Origin: a virus
Taxonomy: Duplodnaviria; Caudoviricetes
Virus record (IMG/VR): IMGVR_UViG_3300033485_000045
Coordinates: 1 to 38,219 of that record
Direction: 5' to 3' (one strand)
Length of the DNA: 38,219 nt
Positions 8,025-14,992 of this stretch are shown piece by piece. Position numbers and translations under genes: made by a program. The notes beneath the pieces are model-generated. The model worked only from the letters and a program-made list of their open reading frames with translations, was not told the DNA's origin and did not search any database. Numbering within the stretch: position 1 is the stretch's first letter; each line of letters opens with the position of its first letter.

Positions 8025-8428
8025 TTGCGCTCCTTCTTGGTTTTTTCGATAGGTTCTATTTTCCACCCTGATCCGTTTGTACTTTTCCACCCCATTATTT
8101 CTGATTCTGTCATGTGTGACGTTAATCTATACTCAAAAGATTCTTGTGGAGCATATAAGCACTGCCATTCATAGATAGGCTCAGATGGTTTGATACGGAT
8201 AATTCCAAGATTATCTAATAGAACAAATGAGTTTCCTAATTTATACTCACATTCTATACCTTCAGCTAATGCGTGTAGTTCTTTGGAAAACTTATGTGGG
8301 TTCTCACCTTTAGGAATACATACGTTTGATTTAAAAAAATCACTAATAAGAGTTGATAAACTAAGTAATGCACCATTACGTGCGTATTTTATAGCTGTGG
8401 TTTTAAATTCTTCTTTAGTCATAATCAC
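8021..8428 (-). CDS. Hypothetical protein
   Basis: 135-aa ORF in the leftward operon; contains an RIKP..P.YEWQ motif seen in small phage hypotheticals. Confidence 0.7.
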   Translation of the reverse strand: MIMTKEEFKTTAIKYARNGALLSLSTLISDFFKSNVCIPKGENPHKFSKELHALAEGIECEYKLGNSFVLLDNLGIIRIKPSEPIYEWQCLYAPQESFEYRLTSHMTESEIMGWKSTNGSGWKIEPIEKTKKERK

Positions 8429-8679
8429 CCCTTCACATCAATGCGGTATCGCACATTATTTTCAATTTCTTTAACTAACTGCTCATTTTGTAAACAGTCG
8501 ATTTTCATCATCGCTCGTTCATATTTGGTTTTGTAGTCCAAGAGTTGAGCTTGTAGTAATCTTTCATTTTGTATGAAGTTACGCAATTTTTCTTGTAAGA
8601 AGTTCGCGTTAATCTCAACTAAATCACCTTCCGAAAAGAAATCGCACATGAATTGCTCAAGTGTTTTTTGATTAATCAT
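8425..8679 (-). CDS. Hypothetical coiled-coil protein
   Basis: 84-aa ORF, translationally coupled to its neighbours. Confidence 0.65.
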   Translation of the reverse strand: MINQKTLEQFMCDFFSEGDLVEINANFLQEKLRNFIQNERLLQAQLLDYKTKYERAMMKIDCLQNEQLVKEIENNVRYRIDVKG

Positions 8680-8792
8680 TAGAATACCTTTACCGCTAAT
8701 TTACCGAAATTAACTTCTAGTCGAAGCAACGCCAATTTGATTTTTGTTTTATCGTACTGTAATAGTCCGTTAAGAAAGATTAGTGCTTTCAT
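8679..8792 (-). CDS. Small hypothetical protein (37 aa, MKALIFLNGLLQYDK...)
   Basis: ATG 8792 with a GGAGG RBS is a better start than 8894 in the ORF track. Confidence 0.5.
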   Translation of the reverse strand: MKALIFLNGLLQYDKTKIKLALLRLEVNFGKLAVKVF

Positions 8793-8964
8793 CTTTAGCC
8801 TCCGATTCATCTTCCAAATAAGTGATAGTAACTTTAACATTTTTACCATACGGGTACATATTTTCACCTCTACTTCTACCTTTTGGTAAAACAATTAAGT
8901 CATCACCTCTCTCATAAAAGTGCTGTATGTTTCCCACAAATTCAACCACAATATTATCTTTCAT
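8770..8964 (-). CDS. Hypothetical protein (64 aa)
   Basis: RBS AAGGGG upstream; first gene after the structured non-coding block. Confidence 0.6.
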   Translation of the reverse strand: MKDNIVVEFVGNIQHFYERGDDLIVLPKGRSRGENMYPYGKNVKVTITYLEDESEAKDESTNLS

Positions 8965-9000
8965 CTTTTCCCCTTTTTAGGTCTACCTTTTGATAAACTC

Positions 9001-9088
9001 TAAAGTAACCCATAACATCACCTTGATCACTGGCTGACTTCTACCTTGTATCAGCAAGATAGAAACACTCTGATTATGAGTTGCTTTA
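9001..9088 (-). ncRNA. Long stem with an internal hairpin (structured RNA or processing site)
   Basis: Arms 9001-9015 and 9074-9088 pair at 14 of 15 positions on the minus strand; inner 10-bp hairpin 9039-9048/9055-9064 has a G-U pair on the minus strand. Confidence 0.55.
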
Positions 9089-9097
9089 AAATTCATT

Positions 9098-9201
9098 TGG
9101 TCGGGAGGATGGATTCGCACCACCATAATAGATATTCAAGTACAATTATTTTCTATCATCCGCACTACACGGCTAGGCAATCTATAAACCCTTACATCCC
9201 G
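9098..9201 (-). ncRNA. tRNA-like element (104 nt) ending in CCA
   Basis: 5' CGGGATGTA; 3' GGTGG-TGCGAAT-CCATC-CTCCCGACCA (T-arm-like hairpin, acceptor-like end); no canonical D or anticodon arm. Confidence 0.45.
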
Positions 9202-9203
9202 TT

Positions 9204-9405
9204 ATTTGACCTACACCAAACGATGCAATTGGTTAGGTCGTAAATATCTCTAGAGCTGAAAATGTCATCGTATAGGCGTATTATGTGCAATATAATACGC
9301 TTTAGCCGTGGTACATAACACCTTCCGACTTTTTCCAGAGTGTCTTGAGGGGTGCGAAATGAGAAGCTATCTCTATGTACCACTATTAAAACGTATTAAG
9401 CTCTA
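9204..9405. ncRNA. Multi-stem structured RNA block
   Basis: Inverted repeats gaccta/taggtc (9208-13/9234-39), tagagct/agctcta (9251-57/9399-405), gcgtattat/ataatacgc (9276-84/9292-300), gtggtacata/tatgtaccac (9308-17/9374-83). Confidence 0.55.
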
Positions 9406-9417
9406 TAACCCCTGCCA

Positions 9418-9609
9418 TTACAGCAGGATGCTAACTCTGGCTTCAAGTACAGATACGTATGCTTTCATTGTATCTCTCTGCACCGATAGCAACATTTTAT
9501 TAATATCATCTAGAGCATTGAAGTTTTCAGAATCTAAAAACATATTAAGCTTAGATAATCTTTCACTTACTTCAAGCATTTCATGTACTAATCTAGCTTT
9601 AAAATCCAT
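9418..9609 (-). CDS. crAss001_48-like small helical protein
   Basis: MDFKARL..E..E..ERL.KL..FL...F..L....K.LL..Q...M..Y..VL..R pattern; AAGGA RBS. Confidence 0.7.
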   Translation of the reverse strand: MDFKARLVHEMLEVSERLSKLNMFLDSENFNALDDINKMLLSVQRDTMKAYVSVLEARVSILL

Positions 9610-9818
9610 ATTCATCCTTTTTTTAAGCTCTATGGTGAAACACACAACACAATCTATACTAATAGGACTTTATATCTATTTTCTTTCATATACTATGTGC
9701 TTCATGTAAAGCTTTTATTCGACAATGTAAATTTCAAATAGCATAACAAACCCGCACACTCCACCTACTCGTGCCGATGAACTTTTTTTCTTTAGGTGAT
9801 CCGATTTGTTATGTAGTA

Positions 9819-9847
9819 ATTATAATATAATTTTTTTATAATGTCAA
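9819..9847 (-). promoter_or_regulatory. Consensus sigma70 promoter TTGACA-N17-TATAAT (early promoter, copy 1)
   Basis: Perfect -35/-10; 30 bp identical to 14956-14985. Confidence 0.85.
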
Positions 9848-10195
9848 GCTTTTTATGTGAATTTGTAATTTTTCTTTTGCATCTTCCCAACCTTTCCCGA
9901 TTATTACGGTTTGCCCCATGCTTTCAAATAGTGCGTGAACTTCTTTTTGCTCTTTCGAAACAGTACCGCCTTTGCTTTTTTTCATCTCGACCCATACGAT
10001 AGCACTATTTGGAAAGATACAGCATAAATCAGGAACTCCACTTTTTACTCCCTCAGCCCTCAGCCTTTGTGCTACACTTATGGCTCTTAATTCACCGTTA
10101 GGGATAGCAAAAATAACACCCCTTGGATATTGAAGTTTGAACCAATTTACGAACGTAACTTGTTCTATGTGTTCACTGTTTACTGATAATTTCAA
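9836..10195 (-). CDS. VRR-NUC domain nuclease (Holliday junction resolvase-like)
   Basis: SEH.EQ, FAIPNG, EGVKSGVPDL, VEMK and VSKEQK motifs; likely TTG start overlapping the methylase stop, after GGGAG. Confidence 0.9.
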   Translation of the reverse strand: MKLSVNSEHIEQVTFVNWFKLQYPRGVIFAIPNGELRAISVAQRLRAEGVKSGVPDLCCIFPNSAIVWVEMKKSKGGTVSKEQKEVHALFESMGQTVIIGKGWEDAKEKLQIHIKSLTL

Positions 10196-10857
10196 AACAA
10201 ACTCCCTTGCACCGCTTCTAAGCGTTTGTTTGCTATTGCTACGTAGTCTGCTTCGAGTTCTGTCATACAAAAGTCTAAACCTAAACTCTTGCAAGCAATA
10301 GCCGTTGTACCGCTTCCTCCAAACGGATCAAATATTTTTGTGTAATCATTTTTTATAGCGTAATCTCTCAAAATCATTTTGAATAATTCAACTGGTTTTT
10401 GTGTAGGGTGATGCCGTTCTTCTTTATTTGCCATATCTTGCTGTATGAAACCATCCCAAAGAAAAGAATACACATGAGAGTTATTATCAAATGAAGTCCA
10501 AGCGTGTTCACAATTTGCAAAAGTTCTATCTGGCATATTTTCATGCTTATACCAAGTAATCATATATCTAGTATTTTCTAAATGCTCTATGAAGTAATTC
10601 CCACCAAATATAATTTGGTTCTTGCTTATTCTTTTAATTTCTTGAAATACTTCTTTATTTGGTATGTATGCATCCCAATCTTTAGCACCAAAATCTTTCG
10701 CCTTACCTCTAAAGCTTCCGCCTCCAACACTTCCCTTTGCTGCTGCATTTATCCCGTAAGGCGGGTCAGTAAGCACCAAATCAAAATACTTATCAGGTAC
10801 AGTTTTCATAAACTCTAAGCAGTCGATATTGTGGATTTTATTTAGTTTGTCTTTCAT
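10192..10857 (-). CDS. DNA adenine/cytosine-N4 methyltransferase, beta class (N6_N4_Mtase)
   Basis: Motif IV TDPPYG precedes HPTQKP and motif I DPFGGSGTT. Confidence 0.93.
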   Translation of the reverse strand: MKDKLNKIHNIDCLEFMKTVPDKYFDLVLTDPPYGINAAAKGSVGGGSFRGKAKDFGAKDWDAYIPNKEVFQEIKRISKNQIIFGGNYFIEHLENTRYMITWYKHENMPDRTFANCEHAWTSFDNNSHVYSFLWDGFIQQDMANKEERHHPTQKPVELFKMILRDYAIKNDYTKIFDPFGGSGTTAIACKSLGLDFCMTELEADYVAIANKRLEAVQGSLF

Positions 10858-12641
10858 TATTTTACCTCCTGTATTGGTTTATTATATGAAATTACTCTAT
10901 AAAACCCGCTTGATTCTTTTTTGTATTCAACCGTTCCGATGTTGTTTTCATAATGCTTAAACATTTGGTAATCTCTTATGGCTCTATCATTTTTTCCTTC
11001 CACTTGTAACCATATTTGGAACTTACGATAAGGTGTTAAAAATTCAACTCTTATACATGGGTTACCAGCTTGGCTTACTGTTGGAGTAGCTTCAAGTGCT
11101 AAAACTTCATCTATTTGGTTACGTGTAGGGTCACGCTTTAGCTGTTTAAACTCAATAATAAGCTTTTCATTAGGGTCGATTAGCTCACCCTTGCAAGATG
11201 TGCATCTTCGTGCTGCAATATCATTTTCAGCATTACAAGCTTCACAAACTTTCATACTCCAACGGTAACCACAGCGTAAGCCCTCAAAGTTTGTAATAGA
11301 TGGAATTATCCCATTGCATCTTCTTCCATAATGTGCAGGGAGTGGATCTCCTTTTGCAGTAGTAATTACAATTCCCATTAAGTCGGTAAAGTATCCATCC
11401 TCATTTATTTTATATCCTCCTTCATTTTTACGGTATGAAAATAAATTAGCATGGCTACATTCAGGGCATTTTTGTTCTAAAAATTCTTCACCTTTTGCGC
11501 CTCCAAATGTTTTTATGTTCGGATTAAATAAATCGCCATCTGGACAATGTCTATCTATGTTTTCGGCATAATCTAAAATCAAACAATCATTTTTATTTGG
11601 TGATAAACGTAAGCCCCGCCCGATAATCTGTTGGAATAATCCTACGCTCTCCGTAGCCCTTAAAAGTGCTACAACATCAATATGCGGTGCATCATAGCCT
11701 GTGGTTAGCACTGCTACGTTCACAAGATATTTTAATTGTTTATTTTTAAACTTTGTGAGTATATTTTTACGCTCTTGTTTTGGTGTTTCACCCGTTACAA
11801 TTTCGGATAATTCAGGCGGTAAACTTGCCAAAACTTCGTTAGCGTGTTGGATAGTTGAGGCAAATAATAAAACCCCTTTTCTATCTTGGCTCTTTGCTAC
11901 AATATCCGCTACGATAGCCGCTGTTTTTCTGCCGTGTCCTATAAAAGCCTTATCGACTTCTATGCTGTCAAATTTTCCCATCTTATTTAGTTCTAGGCTT
12001 GAAGTATCATACCTTTCTCCCCCTATTTGACCAATAATAGGATTGGTCAAATATCCTTGTTCAATCAAATAATTAGCATCAACTTTATACACTAATCTTT
12101 CAAAATATGGGTTTTTAAATTGGTCGGGTGGCAATGAATTTCCATTTTCATCTATTCCATAAATGAACCCGCTTCCCATACGGTATGGGGTTGCGGTAAC
12201 TCCTACAACTCTTAATTTATTATTCTTTTTTCGTAGTTCGTCGATGATATGCTTAACGCTTGCAGTCATTCCATGCGCTTCGTCGATGATTACCATTGCG
12301 AAACGATCACCAAATTTATCTACTGAATTTTTAACGCTTTGGGGTGTTCCAAAAACTACGGGATGGCGTAAACATTTAGCTCCAAGGGAAGCACTAAATA
12401 TTGAGGCAGGTTCTCCCGTAGCTAAATATTTCTCACGGTTTTGGGTAACTAATTCCGCACTTGGGGCTAAACAAAGAATAGATTTTCCATTGCTCTTTTG
12501 GTGAATAATTTTTGCAAGTTCTGCAATAATTAATGATTTACCCGCCCCAGTTGCAAGGTTTGCAACGATTGGGGATGATGATTTCATTATCTGATTAATG
12601 ATAGCATTAACTGCATCTTGTTGATAGGGTCGAAGTGTCAT
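10857..12641 (-). CDS. Superfamily II DEAD/DEAH helicase, RadD/YejH-like, with C-terminal Zn fingers
   Basis: LRPYQ, ATGAGKS, IIDEAH, TATP, TGYD.P and QIIGRGLR motifs; CPEC, CEAC and CTSC pairs. Confidence 0.93.
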   Translation of the reverse strand: MTLRPYQQDAVNAIINQIMKSSSPIVANLATGAGKSLIIAELAKIIHQKSNGKSILCLAPSAELVTQNREKYLATGEPASIFSASLGAKCLRHPVVFGTPQSVKNSVDKFGDRFAMVIIDEAHGMTASVKHIIDELRKKNNKLRVVGVTATPYRMGSGFIYGIDENGNSLPPDQFKNPYFERLVYKVDANYLIEQGYLTNPIIGQIGGERYDTSSLELNKMGKFDSIEVDKAFIGHGRKTAAIVADIVAKSQDRKGVLLFASTIQHANEVLASLPPELSEIVTGETPKQERKNILTKFKNKQLKYLVNVAVLTTGYDAPHIDVVALLRATESVGLFQQIIGRGLRLSPNKNDCLILDYAENIDRHCPDGDLFNPNIKTFGGAKGEEFLEQKCPECSHANLFSYRKNEGGYKINEDGYFTDLMGIVITTAKGDPLPAHYGRRCNGIIPSITNFEGLRCGYRWSMKVCEACNAENDIAARRCTSCKGELIDPNEKLIIEFKQLKRDPTRNQIDEVLALEATPTVSQAGNPCIRVEFLTPYRKFQIWLQVEGKNDRAIRDYQMFKHYENNIGTVEYKKESSGFYRVISYNKPIQEVK

Positions 12642-13516
12642 TTAACGCTCCATGACACACTTGGACTACCACGCCATTTTTCTAAATCAGCATCAGGCAA
12701 TAACTCTTTAATGGCTTTTGCATAACTGATTGAACCTACCCTTTCCGTTTTGAATAGTGTATAACCATAAATAGATCCACCTTCGTTATCGGTAAGTGCA
12801 ACCATTTCGGCTAAATACTCTTTCATTTTTTCTTCAATGCGTTCTTTCTCGATTTTTAATAATTGATAAGCTTTCATAGTTTCGTTTAGCTTTTCGCTAT
12901 CAAATACTTTTTTAGTCTTATCGGTCAAGTGTTTTTCAGCGTTTGGAAGTTCACGCTCGATTAAATATTCAGCGTAAAAAATTTCACAGTCTTTTAACAT
13001 TCTTTCGATAAAAATTTCGTCACGCACGACGTTTTCAGTCTTAGTGCCATTTGGAGACCATTGAAAAAAGAAACATTCATCATACCCAGTGCAAAATAAT
13101 TGATTTTGAATTTGAGCATAATAGTGCTTTTGATCGTTGATAGATTTAAACTCTCCTTCATTACGTAACCCATAAGGGCATTTAACCTCAATTAGGTAAT
13201 CACCTAAAAGTGTTTTTACATATCCATCGGGTGAAGCCCCATAAATCTTTCCATATTTTATAAATGGTGCGGGCTCAACTTTATGCCCAGTTTCCATCTC
13301 AAATTCACTAATTGCACCTTCTTCGTGAAACGTACCGTATTCAGTTGCTACGTTTCCGCTAAACTCATTTGGTGCATTGTAGTATTCTCGTACCATTCTA
13401 CGCATTACATCATCTCTAGTAGCGTATGGGGCTAACCCCATAATCGCACCGACTGATGAAGCGGTAATACGCCCTTTGCGTGATTCAAACCATTCTGGTG
13501 ATCGTTGCTCCTCCAT
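12638..13516 (-). CDS. YqaJ/lambda-exonuclease-like recombination nuclease
   Basis: QRSPEWF..RKGRITAS, GASPDG, EVKCP and YYAQIQ motifs. Confidence 0.92.
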   Translation of the reverse strand: MEEQRSPEWFESRKGRITASSVGAIMGLAPYATRDDVMRRMVREYYNAPNEFSGNVATEYGTFHEEGAISEFEMETGHKVEPAPFIKYGKIYGASPDGYVKTLLGDYLIEVKCPYGLRNEGEFKSINDQKHYYAQIQNQLFCTGYDECFFFQWSPNGTKTENVVRDEIFIERMLKDCEIFYAEYLIERELPNAEKHLTDKTKKVFDSEKLNETMKAYQLLKIEKERIEEKMKEYLAEMVALTDNEGGSIYGYTLFKTERVGSISYAKAIKELLPDADLEKWRGSPSVSWSVK

Positions 13517-14055
13517 TAGAATGCAAGCTCCCCTGCTTCTTCATCTGTCATTTTCTTTTCTTCACGCTCAACTTTAATGACTTTATCAGGTACACCATCT
13601 CCTTTTGGACTAACCGCTGAAACCCAGTTCCCCCGCTTCATTTCGCCCGTGTTTTTATCTTCAATCGCCCAAATTTGTAACATGATTACCATCGGCTTAT
13701 TAGTAAGTTTGGATTGCATCATCTCAGTAGTGGGTTCTTTACCGCTTGCAACCAATCCCCCTTTTGCATTGAAGTCAATCGCCATCAACATTCGTTTGGC
13801 TTTTTCTGATTTTTTAGCATCGTTATCGTTTACACGTATTTTTTGAAAGATTTTACGGTTTTTATACTCATCTGGTTTAATAACATTCCAACGAGCAGAG
13901 ATATAACTATCCCCCTCGTATTCATCCCATTTAACTTCGTCAATAAACGCAAGTACCTGTGTTTTATTTGGGATCGGTGTTATTTCCCCTGAACCCATCT
14001 CAAATTGACCTAAATTTTCCGCTTCTGTGTTGTTTTCAATTGCCCAAAATGACAT
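13516..14055 (-). CDS. Putative single-stranded DNA-binding protein (DUF669-like)
   Basis: YKNRKIFQK and GNWVSAV motifs; acidic C-terminal tail ending in F; lies between AAA ATPase and exonuclease. Confidence 0.7.
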   Translation of the reverse strand: MSFWAIENNTEAENLGQFEMGSGEITPIPNKTQVLAFIDEVKWDEYEGDSYISARWNVIKPDEYKNRKIFQKIRVNDNDAKKSEKAKRMLMAIDFNAKGGLVASGKEPTTEMMQSKLTNKPMVIMLQIWAIEDKNTGEMKRGNWVSAVSPKGDGVPDKVIKVEREEKKMTDEEAGELAF

Positions 14056-14058
14056 AAT

Positions 14059-14835
14059 TTATCCTTGTTTTTTTGTTTTTGTTTGTAACGCTGGTATAAA
14101 ATCAACAAAAGGGTTTTCGCCTTTTTTGACAACTAAATCGTTTTCGATTCCGTAACGGTTTTTAGAAATATTTGACGCACTTGCGTAAGTGATAGCGATA
14201 CGGGTACCGTCACTCTTAGCTTTTTTACGCTCACCTTCATTGTTCGTAAAAAATGTTTCAAGCTTCAAAAAAGCAACTAAATCCACATCGTCCGTGTATG
14301 GTGCGATTGATTTTTTACCTAAGCGTAAATCATAGCGTGTATATGGAGATTCATCGGGAAGCTCAATAGTAGTTGTATCCGCATGAGCGATAAAAATAAC
14401 ATTTATTCCTTTATCACACAAAAGTCCTGCTGCCTTTCGTACCCGTTGGTGCATCGCTCCGACTGCTGAAAGTCCAGCCCCATATCCCCCCATAGCTTGA
14501 TTAATGCTCTTTGGCTGTTTAGGGTCATTATCTACTACATATTGCGTAAACAATCGTTCTAGTACCGTTACTGAGTCGATTACGACTGTTTTATAGTCGT
14601 GTTTCTCATTAATAAGAGCACCGAGCTGATCCCATAATTGCTTAACGTCTGAAATAAGTGGGAAAGCATCGGGGCGTACTGATTCTGCAATAGATTGCAT
14701 TCCATCTTCTCCACGGATAAACACTGGATTTGGAAACGTTGCCGCAAGGCTTGTTTTTCCTACTCCTGCATCACCTGTAATCGTAGCAATAAGCGCACGA
14801 TTAATCGGTTTTGAGATTGTTTCAAGCAAACTCAT
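14059..14835 (-). CDS. AAA_24 / Sak4-like ATPase (ssDNA annealing)
   Basis: Walker A GDAGVGKT, Walker B VVIDS, FIAH and SKNRY motifs; ATG 14835 after GAAGGAG. Confidence 0.85.
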   Translation of the reverse strand: MSLLETISKPINRALIATITGDAGVGKTSLAATFPNPVFIRGEDGMQSIAESVRPDAFPLISDVKQLWDQLGALINEKHDYKTVVIDSVTVLERLFTQYVVDNDPKQPKSINQAMGGYGAGLSAVGAMHQRVRKAAGLLCDKGINVIFIAHADTTTIELPDESPYTRYDLRLGKKSIAPYTDDVDLVAFLKLETFFTNNEGERKKAKSDGTRIAITYASASNISKNRYGIENDLVVKKGENPFVDFIPALQTKTKKQG

Positions 14836-14851
14836 ATAATTCTCCTTCAAA

Positions 14852-14941
14852 AACCCTTTCGCTTTAAATCGGAAAGGTTCACATTGTTATTTTTGGTTTT
14901 TACACCATCAAGCCGTATAAATACGACTTTGAAGTGTAAAA
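14852..14941 (-). promoter_or_regulatory. Two hairpins in the 5' leader of the recombination operon
   Basis: ttttacac/gtgtaaaa (14898-905/14934-41) closing an inner stem; cctttc/gaaagg (14855-60/14872-77) followed by a short U run just before the RBS on the minus strand. Confidence 0.45.
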
Positions 14942-14955
14942 TTTGTTTATGCAGT

Positions 14956-14984
14956 ATTATAATATAATTTTTTTATAATGTCAA
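14956..14984 (-). promoter_or_regulatory. Consensus sigma70 promoter TTGACA-N17-TATAAT (copy 2)
   Basis: Perfect -35/-10; spacer identical to copy 1. Confidence 0.85.
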
Positions 14985-14992
14985 GTAAATTG

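Noticed and set aside
9098-9201. Canonical tRNA gene or active attP
   Set aside because: No D arm or 7-nt anticodon loop, altered T-loop, and no integrase in the genome; kept only as a tRNA-like element.
9046-9709. ORF-track entries 9046-9243 (+), 9192-9383 (-) and 9308-9709 (+)
   Set aside because: No convincing RBS, atypical composition, and they overlap paired elements or lie antisense to a better gene; 9192-9383 cannot be fully excluded.
8990-9818. CRISPR or mini-CRISPR array
   Set aside because: No regularly spaced direct repeats of 23 nt or more; only inverted repeats and 11-12 nt direct repeats.
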